NCBI GenBank assembly: GCA_048886185.1
Contig: JBHLKY010000029.1
Location: forward strand, 11,881-43,453
From: Candidatus Hermodarchaeota archaeon
GTDB lineage: Archaea; Asgardarchaeota; Heimdallarchaeia; Hodarchaeales; Hodarchaeaceae
Direction: 5' to 3'
Length of the DNA: 31,573 bases
This document shows positions 9,388 through 18,826 of this stretch, piece by piece. The first letter of the stretch is position 1, and the number at the start of each line of letters is the position of its first letter. Below the pieces are notes generated by a model that ran no database searches, was not told where the DNA came from, and worked only from the letters and a program-made list of their open reading frames with translations. Both the position numbers and the translations under genes were made by a program.

Positions 9388-10386
9388 CTATATTGGTACC
9401 AAAGAGTTGACAGTTTCAATTACATACTGAAGATTTTGTTCTGGGACATCTAGAGGTAAAACACAACCTGGAGCATAAATTAATCCACGATCGTTAAATT
9501 TTTTAAACAGAGTTTTAATTGAATGTTGTATATCATCTTTACTGCCTTTTCGGATTAAATTCATTTCATCAAGGCCCCCCAATAATGCTCCCTTAAAATC
9601 TTGCCGTGCCTCTTGAAGACTTGGGGCTGTTCGTTGATCATGCCAGTTTATCCCACTGATATTTGGGAGCTGAGTAGCCCACTTAAAATGTGGATTCTCG
9701 CCATGTAAATGTAGGATGTTAAACAGCACTTTCTTAGTAACATTTTGTAAAAGGATTTTCATTGGTTGAAATTCGAAGTCTTGTATTTCCTCTTTTGGAA
9801 GGGCTGGATTAAAATGCTGTGTGGCAAGAAAGAGTCCATTAGCTCCCGCGTCTAAAACAGCATTGGCAAATTCACTTGTAAGTTTAGTAAGCATGCTAAT
9901 TTGACCAAGCAGAAGCTGACGATCTTGCATTAAATGCTTTAAGAGAGAAGGATCCAGTTTAGCGGCCACCATAAATGGAGAAAAAACTGTCATCATGGTC
10001 GGGATAACATTCTCAACTTCTCTATGAATTAGTTCTACTGCTTTGATCTGGGCACCAAATTCACCATCATTTGGATCTACTGGTTCAAGGGTTTCCCAGT
10101 CATTTATTGATGAAATTGGAGGTTGTTCACAAATACGAGAGCCAGAAATAGGATTATAATTTCCTAAGGTAGCTCCAAAATCTACAACACAATAACTTCC
10201 ATGTGGGGAGATTTTCATGAGGTCTGACTTAAATTTTGCTTGATATTCGATCTGTGCCCTTGCTAATCCTTCAGATGTTTTATCTGCCTCTGGAAAGTGT
10301 TTCCAGAGAGCATAGGGAACTTTTTCTGCTTTTTGACCTTTAAACGTGGCTTTTAATAGTGAAAATCGGTCGTAATTTTCCATCAT
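9388..10386 (-). CDS. Uroporphyrinogen decarboxylase (URO-D)/MtaA superfamily protein, non-canonical subfamily
   Basis: KVPYALWKHF, TVFSPF, LDAGANGLFLA, ILHLHG, GINW, LLGGLDE and IYAPGCVLP fit the fold. It lacks the HemE MRQAGR motif. Confidence 0.8.
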   Translation of the reverse strand: MMENYDRFSLLKATFKGQKAEKVPYALWKHFPEADKTSEGLARAQIEYQAKFKSDLMKISPHGSYCVVDFGATLGNYNPISGSRICEQPPISSINDWETLEPVDPNDGEFGAQIKAVELIHREVENVIPTMMTVFSPFMVAAKLDPSLLKHLMQDRQLLLGQISMLTKLTSEFANAVLDAGANGLFLATQHFNPALPKEEIQDFEFQPMKILLQNVTKKVLFNILHLHGENPHFKWATQLPNISGINWHDQRTAPSLQEARQDFKGALLGGLDEMNLIRKGSKDDIQHSIKTLFKKFNDRGLIYAPGCVLPLDVPEQNLQYVIETVNSLVPI

Positions 10387-10505
10387 TATTCGATCCTTGG
10401 ATGTCTCGTACTATTGATTAATTTTCTGTACATCAAAACAGAATCGAGAATTATGCCTTTAAGAGTTTAAAAGATCAAGAAAAAAATAGAGCTGTTTGAA
10501 GTATT

Positions 10506-11165
10506 GTGGTGTTAATCATTTCCTTACCGAACCCAACTCATTCTGCTGCTTTTTTCTTGTATTCTTTTCATCTTTTTAACCATTATGAACCAGTGGGAAG
10601 ATATAAGTTGTCACAGGAGTTGTGTATCTCCAGTGCAAAAACTCGGATAATTCTAGAGAAATTAGTGGACGCAAAACTTGTTGAAGTACTGAATAGAAGA
10701 CGGGGGCACCAACTTTCTTCTCATGGAAAGGAGGTTTGGCAAAGATATCAAAATTTTTTGCACATTCCTACTCAGCGTATTCATTTAGGACGAGATTATA
10801 CTCTTGGAAAGAAGGATGCTGTCGTTTGTGTCAATGGATCGGGTATCAAACGACTTAATACAGTTGTTTTACGGGATGAATCTCTGATGAATGGAGCTTT
10901 AGGGTGCACTGTCTTTCTGAAGGATCAGTCAGAACAATTCTTTCTCCTAGACACGATATATCCCCCACTACCAAAGGTATCACTGTCTGATAGAAAAGTC
11001 AGAAAGAGGTTATCTTCTGTATCAATGGACATCCTATGGCCTAAAATCATAATTATAGTTGGTACTGCCGATCATATTATCAACGCTCAAATAGGGGCCA
11101 TTTCTGCAGCACTTTTGTTACTCCCCGAAGATATTTCACAGTTTTTTCATAAGATCATGCAATAA
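10506..11165 (+). CDS. Winged-HTH plus DUF4443 domain protein (putative regulator)
   Basis: wHTH VGRYKLSQELCISSAKTRIILEKL..GHQLSSHG, followed by LRDESLMNGALGCTV and IIIVGTAD..AQIGAISAAL. GTG start. Confidence 0.7.
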   Translation: MVLIISLPNPTHSAAFFLYSFHLFNHYEPVGRYKLSQELCISSAKTRIILEKLVDAKLVEVLNRRRGHQLSSHGKEVWQRYQNFLHIPTQRIHLGRDYTLGKKDAVVCVNGSGIKRLNTVVLRDESLMNGALGCTVFLKDQSEQFFLLDTIYPPLPKVSLSDRKVRKRLSSVSMDILWPKIIIIVGTADHIINAQIGAISAALLLLPEDISQFFHKIMQ

Positions 11166-11184
11166 AACATTATCTCAAGAATAA

Positions 11185-12228
11185 TTATAGACAATATGGA
11201 TACAGTGGAATTTTAGTGCTACAAGAAGGGCAATAGTGTTTCTGAAGATCTATTTTTCTTTCTATATGGTATCCAGTCCTTTTAATGAGCAGCTTCTGAC
11301 ATTTAGGGCAATAGGTGTTTTCTAAAGGGTGGCCTGGAACATTTCCAAGGTAGACATAATTCATACCTTCTGCGTGAGCGATTTGATGGGCTTTCTCCAA
11401 AGTACTGAGAGGCGTAACGTTGCCCTCCGTAAACTGATAATCAGGGTAAAATCGTGTAAAATGAAGGGGAATATTAGGATCAATGTTAACTAATCGTGTT
11501 GCTACCTGTTTAAAGAAGTTGATTGAATCATTAACCGTTGGTATGATTAAACAAATGATTTCTATATGTACTCCCTCACGATAAGCAGTGATAATATTAT
11601 TCCAAACTCTTTCCACCTTGGCTTTACAGTATTTTTTTACTGTTTTTGAAGATCCCTTGACTGTAATACTCATTCCAGTCATCCCTGCTTCAATTAACAG
11701 TTTAAGGGCAGGATTTGTCATGTAGCCATTTGTCACAAACATTCGGTAAGTTTCAGGTTTACAAAGTCGAAAAACATCTAGTGCATATTCTAAAGATAAT
11801 GTAGGCTCGTTGAATGAAACTGAGATTCCCTGAGCTTTTTTATTGTTTTCTGTATTCTTGACTAGTTCTTCAGGGCTTCGAAAGTCTGAAGAATGCATTT
11901 TAAACGGATAACGTTTACTTATACGCCAATTTTGGCACCATGGGCATGAAAAGTTACATGAAAAAGAGCCTATTGTTGAAGCATGTGAACCAGGGTAGTA
12001 ATGGAATAGAGGTTTCTTTTCAATTGGATTGATAGAGAAAGAGGAGATTAAACCATAATTTATACAATAAAGAGTTCCCTCAATATTAGTACGCGTTTGA
12101 CAACGACCATATCCACCTTCGGGTATTAAGCAATGATGCCAACAAGTTTCACACTGAATTTTAGAATGTCCTTTCTGTGTAAAAAGGAGAGCTTCCTTTT
12201 TAAAGATATTTTCTGTCGATAAAACCAA
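11185..12228 (-). CDS. amrS: AmmeMemoRadiSam system radical SAM enzyme
   Basis: N-terminal CETCWHHC..GRC, NPIEKKPLFHYYPG, radical SAM motif CNFSCPWCQNWRIS, SFNEP, LHFTRFYPDY and C-terminal CPKC/CPSC. Confidence 0.9.
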   Translation of the reverse strand: MVLSTENIFKKEALLFTQKGHSKIQCETCWHHCLIPEGGYGRCQTRTNIEGTLYCINYGLISSFSINPIEKKPLFHYYPGSHASTIGSFSCNFSCPWCQNWRISKRYPFKMHSSDFRSPEELVKNTENNKKAQGISVSFNEPTLSLEYALDVFRLCKPETYRMFVTNGYMTNPALKLLIEAGMTGMSITVKGSSKTVKKYCKAKVERVWNNIITAYREGVHIEIICLIIPTVNDSINFFKQVATRLVNIDPNIPLHFTRFYPDYQFTEGNVTPLSTLEKAHQIAHAEGMNYVYLGNVPGHPLENTYCPKCQKLLIKRTGYHIERKIDLQKHYCPSCSTKIPLYPYCL

Positions 12229-12237
12229 TTATCTCAC

Positions 12238-12705
12238 TTATCTTTCAGATTTCTTCATTTTAGTAGGTCTTGAGGTTAAAAGGTGTTGAAACCATGGCGG
12301 AAGATAAATTCCTTCCTCCACTCGGTCACCATTTGGAAGATAAGGTTTAATATCAAGAACTGGGGTGCCATCAATTGCGTCGATGTGATCCACATATACC
12401 CGATGTTCCACTACTTCCATAATCTTGACCAATGTCATTCCAAGTGGATTTGGACGTCTTGGAGAACGTGTTGCAAAAGTCCCCATCTTTTCTGGAGGAT
12501 AAAGAGCATTAGTGACTCGGGGAATCGTTTTTCTGACATTTCTTGCTTCGGAAGTATCGTTTTCGTGAATCCACCAAATAACAAACACATGAGAAATTGT
12601 TTCAAGTCGGTAAAGTCCTAAAGAATAATCCGATAAAATATCTAAATACTCCTCATTCTTTTCTTTTCGTACAAATCCTATAGGATAAACCTTGTACATT
12701 TCCAT
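12238..12705 (-). CDS. tsaA: TrmO/TsaA tRNA (t6A37)-N6 methyltransferase family protein
   Basis: YPIGFV, SHVFVIWWIH, GTFATRSPRRPNPLGMTLV and IDAIDGTPVLDIKPY. Confidence 0.92.
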   Translation of the reverse strand: MEMYKVYPIGFVRKEKNEEYLDILSDYSLGLYRLETISHVFVIWWIHENDTSEARNVRKTIPRVTNALYPPEKMGTFATRSPRRPNPLGMTLVKIMEVVEHRVYVDHIDAIDGTPVLDIKPYLPNGDRVEEGIYLPPWFQHLLTSRPTKMKKSER

Positions 12706-12750
12706 AATATTCTACCTCTAAAAGATTCAACTTCTATTGAAGACAAAATC

Positions 12751-13779
12751 TTATCCTAATCTTAATGATTTTACAACCTCTATTTGTTCTTCAGTTTCAG
12801 CGAAGACTCCTAGATTCCCAAGGCGTATATTTTTCAATCCCTCCTCTCTCAAAACCCAATAACTGGTCATCATCTCATTGAACGTAGGATGACGGTGATC
12901 TTTCAGCTTATATGTGCTAAAAAAGGCTAATAAGGTCATAGGAATAGAAGAGTCAACATTTGCGACATGACATGCTATTTGTCGGTGCTGATCTGTCTCT
13001 ACAATCCCAGGAATGTATAAAATTAGGACTTCTACTGTGAAATCTAAATCAACCATCACGGCTAAGCTCTCTAAGACTGTTGAATTAGAGGTTCCACATA
13101 ATTTTCGATAGCTCACTTCATCATACGCCTTGATATCCAGCCAGAAAGAATCCACACCACCATCACGTAAGATTTCAAGATTCTTCTTTGTTAGAGCATA
13201 TCCGTTGGTCTCTACTAATACCCACAGTTTATTGTCAGTTACATCTTTGATTCTTTCGGCAGCTAACGCATAGTATTGAGGATTACATGTAAGATCTCCC
13301 CCTGTAAAGGCGATAATATTACGAGCTGGTCCAAATCCCTGAGGAGAGAAGACAATTTGGGATCGTGTTAATTTACGGGGACAATACTTCGAGGGCCTTC
13401 CAAATAATATACACGATCCACAATGATGACAGAGATCTTCAGCATGCCACATAGTAGCCCTAGAGCGGGGTTCTTCGACAGTAATGGATCTGCAATAATC
13501 ACTTGCTAATACAGCTAACATATCATTACTTATCCACTCCCCATTCATAATTTTTGAGAAATCTGACGAATGACATTTTAAGCAATCGTGATTACAGCCA
13601 GATGAGTAAACTGAGAAATAATCCTCGGGTCTAGATAAGAGCCATGATTTTATTAAGCGTTCGTATACCCCCTCTCTCATTCTTATTGTTACTTCACATG
13701 CGGGTTTCATTTCCCCAGTGAACGTTTGAGTCAAACAATTCCCCCTCGGAACTCCTTGGCTAGCGAGAAGACATTTCAT
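12751..13779 (-). CDS. Radical SAM protein (PflA-like, archaeal subfamily) with extra Cys cluster
   Basis: GCNHDCLKCH (CxxxCxxC), insert CHHCGSC..YCP, AFTGGD, VETNG and WLDIKA. Confidence 0.88.
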   Translation of the reverse strand: MKCLLASQGVPRGNCLTQTFTGEMKPACEVTIRMREGVYERLIKSWLLSRPEDYFSVYSSGCNHDCLKCHSSDFSKIMNGEWISNDMLAVLASDYCRSITVEEPRSRATMWHAEDLCHHCGSCILFGRPSKYCPRKLTRSQIVFSPQGFGPARNIIAFTGGDLTCNPQYYALAAERIKDVTDNKLWVLVETNGYALTKKNLEILRDGGVDSFWLDIKAYDEVSYRKLCGTSNSTVLESLAVMVDLDFTVEVLILYIPGIVETDQHRQIACHVANVDSSIPMTLLAFFSTYKLKDHRHPTFNEMMTSYWVLREEGLKNIRLGNLGVFAETEEQIEVVKSLRLG

Positions 13780-14027
13780 TTATACTCAGTACCTTTCTGT
13801 AAAAATTCTAGATAAATGCAAATCTTTTGAAAAATCCTCCTAGTTTATAATTAATATAGTTTCTAGTATCAAAAACACAGGATAATTATAAATTATACAC
13901 AATTTTAAACATGTATTTGGGGTTTATATTTATTAAGAAAACTTCCATTATTATTAATAGAATATTAACATTATTAAATGTTGTGTTTTTGTTAGTTATC
14001 GTTATTTTTCTGAAATCGTATTACCAA

Positions 14028-14049
14028 ATATAGGTCAAAATACCTATAT
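14028..14049. promoter_or_regulatory. Candidate repressor operator next to the TATA box of the ABC importer operon
   Basis: ATATAGGT-caaaat-ACCTATAT is a perfect 8-6-8 inverted repeat, followed by TTTATA at 14051-14056. Confidence 0.5.
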
Positions 14050-14101
14050 ATTTATACTCGATTAACAAATAAACTGATCAAATTCTTTGATGTGATTTTT
14101 T

Positions 14102-15193
14102 TTGGCTATTAAACATTATTTTATGATCAATTTATTCTTATTATCTCTAATAGGTTTATTTTTTGTTGGAAATCATGCTATTAATAATACCAAGGGTAGT
14201 AAAACTGCTTTAGTTGTTCCAATGCCCCCAGTTATGGTAACTGATACTAATCAACTTTCTTCTTCTGTTTACCCTTTGAATCTTATTGATGGCAATAACC
14301 GAAACGTGACAATTTCAAAGGAACCACAACACATTATTAGTATTGCACCCAGTGTTACTGAAGTAATATTCGCCGTTGGCGCGGGTGACAAGCTGATAGC
14401 GATTGACTTCAATAGTAACTATCCTAATGAGACTAAAGACTTACCAAAAATATCTAATTATCCCTCTCTAGACACTGAAACGATTATTGCTCTTGGTCCC
14501 GACTTAATATTTGGAGCAGGTATTACTAGTCAAGATGACATCAAGCTTTTAGAAAATCAGGGATTTACAGTATTTATTTTAGCTCCCTTTGATGTAAAAG
14601 ATATTTTAGCTGATATAGAAGTGGTAGGTCTCATCACAGATCATGAAGCTGAAGCAAATATTCTTAAGTCCTCCCTTCAAGAATGTCTTGATGAGATAGA
14701 ACAGAATGTTTCTACGCTCGCTTTTAAACCCAAAATATACATTGAATATTTTTCTGAGCCTTTGTACACATTTGGAAAAGGGACATATGGTCATGATCTG
14801 ATTGAGCTAGCAGGAGGCATCAACATTGCTGAAAATGCTACTGGACTCTATCCTCAAATCAACAATGAGTTTGTAATAATCCAAAATCCCGATTTAATTT
14901 TTTATGCAGAGGGCCCTTGGACAACCACCAATCTCACCACAATAAGTAAACGAACAGGTTGGAGCTCAATTAATGCGGTTAAAAATGGACACATATATCC
15001 TATTAATGAAGACTGGATTTCTCGAGGAGGTCCCAGGATAATAGATGCTCTGGAAGAGATCTTCTCAAAAGTTAAATTAGCAACTTCCCCAAGTAATAAT
15101 AACCGAATCACTACGGCGTTTGAATGGTATTGGATTCTTATACTCATTCCAATCTTTGTTATTATGGTTGAAAGACGTCACTCTTCATCATAA
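14102..15193 (+). CDS. Cobalamin/iron-chelate ABC transporter substrate-binding protein (BtuF-like) with C-terminal membrane anchor
   Basis: EPQHIISIAPSVTEVIFAVG, IIALGPDLI, LIELAGGINIA and SRGGPRIIDALEEI. Ends in TTAFEW, a TM helix and RRH. No lipobox Cys. Confidence 0.85.
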   Translation: MAIKHYFMINLFLLSLIGLFFVGNHAINNTKGSKTALVVPMPPVMVTDTNQLSSSVYPLNLIDGNNRNVTISKEPQHIISIAPSVTEVIFAVGAGDKLIAIDFNSNYPNETKDLPKISNYPSLDTETIIALGPDLIFGAGITSQDDIKLLENQGFTVFILAPFDVKDILADIEVVGLITDHEAEANILKSSLQECLDEIEQNVSTLAFKPKIYIEYFSEPLYTFGKGTYGHDLIELAGGINIAENATGLYPQINNEFVIIQNPDLIFYAEGPWTTTNLTTISKRTGWSSINAVKNGHIYPINEDWISRGGPRIIDALEEIFSKVKLATSPSNNNRITTAFEWYWILILIPIFVIMVERRHSSS

Positions 15194-15242
15194 AAACTTG
15201 AAACTTCATGTTTCTAATTTAAAAAGGGTGTAATTCGAGACA

Positions 15243-16391
15243 ATGTCTAGATTCTTACTCAAATTCAATGATATGCAAAATTCAATTGACATACATGAAT
15301 TTTATCGTAAAAGGAAATTATTTTGGACATTAATCCTTCTTCTCAGTACACTAGTATTAGTATTTAGTGGTTTCATCGCCCTTTTATTTGGATCTGCAGG
15401 CCCAATTGGCCCAGCAAGTACCAGAATTTTAACTATTTCAGATGTTATTCACCAAATAAGTAAAAATAGTTTTCAGGTTATCTTCCAGTTTCTAGGAGTT
15501 TCCATTCAAGAAGAAAATACCGCCCAGAAAATCATTGTATGGGATATTCGGTTTCCTAGGATCATAATGGGTGCCCTTGCCGGTATGGCATTGGCTGTAG
15601 CAGGAACCATCATGCAAGCACTGTTCAGAAATCCTATGGCTGATCCTTATATTCTTGGGTTAGCATCTGGGGCTTCTGTTGGGGCATCATTAGCGATAAT
15701 TGCTGGTGGGACCATAGGTTTCCTTGCTGGATACACTCTTCCAGTATTTGCTTTTGGGGGTTCGCTACTTACTATCATTGTTGTCTATTCTATCTCGAAT
15801 ATTCGCGGGATGGTTAGGATTGACACCTTACTATTATCTGGGATTGCTGTGGGATCTTTTATGGCTGCTGTAACCTCTTTTCTTACTTATATTTCTGGTC
15901 AACATCTAAGACCAATAATCTTCTGGTTAATGGGTGGTCTATCCTTAACTGAGGGTGATTGGGAATCTATTATGATAGCTGCTTTGATAATTATCCCTTC
16001 CTGTATTATTTGTCTACTCTTTTCCCGACCTTTAAATCTGATATTGTTAGGGGAGGAAACTGCGCAATATCGGGGATTAGATGTTCAAAAAGTCCAAAAA
16101 ATCTTATTAGTTTTTTCTTCATTGATTACAGGTGTTTCTGTGGCGTTTACTGGTGTGATCGGTTTTGTAGGGCTAATAATACCCCATTTAGTTCGATTGA
16201 TTACAGGTCCAGATCATAGGATCTTACTTCCAGTTTCTGCATTAATTGGAGCCAGCTTCTTGATTATTGCTGATGTTGTCGCCAAAACAGTCCTATATCC
16301 GACTGAATTACCTGTTGGTATTATTACAGCTCTCTGTGGCACACCATTCTTCATATACCTACTAAGAAAACAAAGAAAGGTAGGATATTGA
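15243..16391 (+). CDS. FecCD/BtuC-family ABC permease
   Basis: IVWDIRFPRI, MQALFRNPMADPYILG, LGEETAQYRGLDV, GVIGFVGLIIPHLVR and ELPVGIITA. Confidence 0.93.
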   Translation: MSRFLLKFNDMQNSIDIHEFYRKRKLFWTLILLLSTLVLVFSGFIALLFGSAGPIGPASTRILTISDVIHQISKNSFQVIFQFLGVSIQEENTAQKIIVWDIRFPRIIMGALAGMALAVAGTIMQALFRNPMADPYILGLASGASVGASLAIIAGGTIGFLAGYTLPVFAFGGSLLTIIVVYSISNIRGMVRIDTLLLSGIAVGSFMAAVTSFLTYISGQHLRPIIFWLMGGLSLTEGDWESIMIAALIIIPSCIICLLFSRPLNLILLGEETAQYRGLDVQKVQKILLVFSSLITGVSVAFTGVIGFVGLIIPHLVRLITGPDHRILLPVSALIGASFLIIADVVAKTVLYPTELPVGIITALCGTPFFIYLLRKQRKVGY

Positions 16392-16405
16392 TATAAGGTG
16401 TAAAG

Positions 16406-17203
16406 ATGGAATTAAATGTAAAAAATTTGTCATTTAGTTATGAAAATATCGATGTACTCTCTGACATTTCTTTCAAAGCGATTGATAGACGAGTAACTGG
16501 TGTTATAGGCCCGAACGGTTCAGGAAAGACCACACTCCTTCGATGCATAGCGAACATCTTGAAGCCATTTCAAGGAACCGTTTCAATTGGTGATACAGAT
16601 ACTCGTATGTTAAGTAACAAGGAACTAGCAAAAGTACTTTCTGTAGTACCTCAACTGACTAGTTTCACTACTGGGTTTACCGTTTTTGAGACTGTATTGC
16701 TAGGAAGGTATCCCCATCTAGGAATATTTCAACGTGAATCAAAACAAGATTATGAAGTCGTAAATTCTACATTAGAGCGAGTTGGGATATCACATTTAAA
16801 AAATAGAGATGTAGATGAGTTAAGTGGGGGAGAAAAACAGCTTGTAACAATTGCACTTGCGCTTGCACAAGACCCCCAAATTTTGTGCCTTGATGAACCA
16901 ACGCTTCATCTTGATATCAATATGCGGTACATGATTATGGATTTGTGTAAAGAAATTTGCTATGAGAAGGGAATTGTAGTGATTATTGTTCTCCATGACC
17001 TTGCTCTAGCTGCACAGTACTGTGATGACATTATTATCCTTAAAAATGGGCGAATAAAAGCAATGGGTTCACCTGATGAAGTAATAATAGAAGAATTCAT
17101 CTTTGACACTTATGGAGTTGAAGTAATAGTTAAAAAAGATGAATTATCAGGATTAAAGTATATTCTCCCAAATATTGGTCATAAGGCTAAAGCTCTTCTC
17201 TGA
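16406..17203 (+). CDS. ABC ATPase of iron-chelate/cobalamin importer (FepC/BtuD-like)
   Basis: GPNGSGKTT, LSGGEKQ, LDEPTLHLD and VLHDL. Confidence 0.93.
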   Translation: MELNVKNLSFSYENIDVLSDISFKAIDRRVTGVIGPNGSGKTTLLRCIANILKPFQGTVSIGDTDTRMLSNKELAKVLSVVPQLTSFTTGFTVFETVLLGRYPHLGIFQRESKQDYEVVNSTLERVGISHLKNRDVDELSGGEKQLVTIALALAQDPQILCLDEPTLHLDINMRYMIMDLCKEICYEKGIVVIIVLHDLALAAQYCDDIIILKNGRIKAMGSPDEVIIEEFIFDTYGVEVIVKKDELSGLKYILPNIGHKAKALL

Positions 17204-17273
17204 TGGTGCTTTATCATATCAAGACGGATTCGCTTAGAAAAATTCTTCATCCAAGTGTATCGAAAAAATTCTC

Positions 17274-18182
17274 ATGAATAATGTATTTGTCGTTGTGTTT
17301 TCGATAATTATTCTCTTTCTTCTAGGGATTTTACTGAGATCTGCCAATATTCTTAAGCAAGAAGACGCGGATGTTTTTTTAAAAATTGTATTCTACGTTT
17401 CGTTGCCCGCACTGATTCTTAGCACCCTACCAGCTGTAGTTATTAATTTAAATTTCTTCATTTTACCTATAATCGCTTCTGTAATAATTATTATTACTTT
17501 CATGGTTTCTAGTATATTGATAAGACATATGAACTTGGAGGAGAAGACAAAGGGGGCCTTCGTAGTTGGAACTATGATTATGAACTTAGGGTTTAACATT
17601 CCGTTTGTACTAGGAGTTTATGGACATGAGGGATTCGCTCGAGCATCTTTTTTTGATATTGGTAATATAGTTTTAACCTTGTCCTTAACATACTATATCG
17701 CTCAGAGATATGGTTCAGATAACAGCAAGAAGAAAATTTCTTTCTTAAATAAGAAATTATTAACCTCTCCGCCATTAGTTGCGTTAATTATTGGAATTTC
17801 AGTCAATTTTTCTGGTATTTCCTTTGATTCCAGTATTAATTATTTATTAGAACTGTTAAGTGGGTTATTGACACCCCTCCTTATGTTATCGGTAGGTATT
17901 TATTTCAATCCGAAGCTAGATCGTATTGTTCCTATTTTTCAAGTAATAACTTTACGAATGGGGTGGGGATTAATATTAGGGGTTGTTTTCGCGCTTTTAT
18001 TAGGATTGGATGATCTTACCACTAAAATAGTTCTTATTAGCTCCGCAGCTCCTGTTGGTTTTAATACACTAACATTTGCTTCACTTGAAGAATTAGATAA
18101 GGAGTTTGCAGCGAATATCCTTTCGTTTTGTATTCCCTTGGGTATTGTAACGATTTCTCTATTATTAATCATTCTTGGATAG
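17274..18182 (+). CDS. AEC (auxin efflux carrier/malate permease) family transporter
   Basis: About 10 TMs with LKIVFYVSLPALI, NLGFNIP, PPLVALIIG, LTPLLMLSVG and SSAAPVG. Confidence 0.88.
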   Translation: MNNVFVVVFSIIILFLLGILLRSANILKQEDADVFLKIVFYVSLPALILSTLPAVVINLNFFILPIIASVIIIITFMVSSILIRHMNLEEKTKGAFVVGTMIMNLGFNIPFVLGVYGHEGFARASFFDIGNIVLTLSLTYYIAQRYGSDNSKKKISFLNKKLLTSPPLVALIIGISVNFSGISFDSSINYLLELLSGLLTPLLMLSVGIYFNPKLDRIVPIFQVITLRMGWGLILGVVFALLLGLDDLTTKIVLISSAAPVGFNTLTFASLEELDKEFAANILSFCIPLGIVTISLLLIILG

Positions 18183-18233
18183 ACAAGAAACAGCCTGTGC
18201 TATTTGTTCCCTAACAGATAGTTTATTGTATAT

Positions 18234-18623
18234 GTGGTAGACATCAGTTTAATCGAGGGATTCATCTTTTCATCAGTAGTACCCCCCAGTATTCGGAAAA
18301 TTCTTGATTCAGGTCGAGGAGAGGTAGCTCAATTGGAACGCCAATACCATATATGGGTACTTATTACAGCTTTGGCTATTTTCGCAGGTATTATTATGAT
18401 GGGGGTGGCAATTATTCTTTTTCTAATCGAAACAAATGAGAATCTGACTATTGTACGACTATTAGTCGGAATAGCAGCTGGGGCTGATTTTATTGTATCT
18501 TATTTTGTCTTTCAAGAAACATTGGCACGTAGACGTTATCTTTTAGAGGTACAAAAATTAATGCTCCAAGGATTGTCATTTCTCGATTCAATACGACGTG
18601 GATTTCGGGATTTTTTTGGATAA
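18234..18623 (+). CDS. Hypothetical membrane protein (2 TM)
   Basis: 129-aa ORF with two hydrophobic helices and a basic cytoplasmic tail. The start (GTG) is uncertain. Confidence 0.6.
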   Translation: MVDISLIEGFIFSSVVPPSIRKILDSGRGEVAQLERQYHIWVLITALAIFAGIIMMGVAIILFLIETNENLTIVRLLVGIAAGADFIVSYFVFQETLARRRYLLEVQKLMLQGLSFLDSIRRGFRDFFG

Positions 18624-18826
18624 TGGTCTGAAATTCGATTTTTAGGTGAAATCAGTAGGTTTTCACAATTTTTACCTAGTAATTTAAAAGCTTTTTAAGA
18701 TTTAAAGCTAATTACAAAGAAATCCCTCTTTAAATCTATATCTAGACACTTAAAAGATATCACTAAGTCTTTAAACTTAATCAACTCGGAACAACAGTTA
18801 ATATCAAACAAGTGAGGAAACTGCAA

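Noticed and set aside
9388-10386. hemE assignment
   Set aside because: The catalytic Arg-containing MRQAGR motif is absent, so only the superfamily is reported.
13780-14101. Cobalamin riboswitch ahead of the BtuF-like gene
   Set aside because: The region is extremely AT-rich, with no B12-box (GCCACUG) or GGGAA core and no room for the fold.
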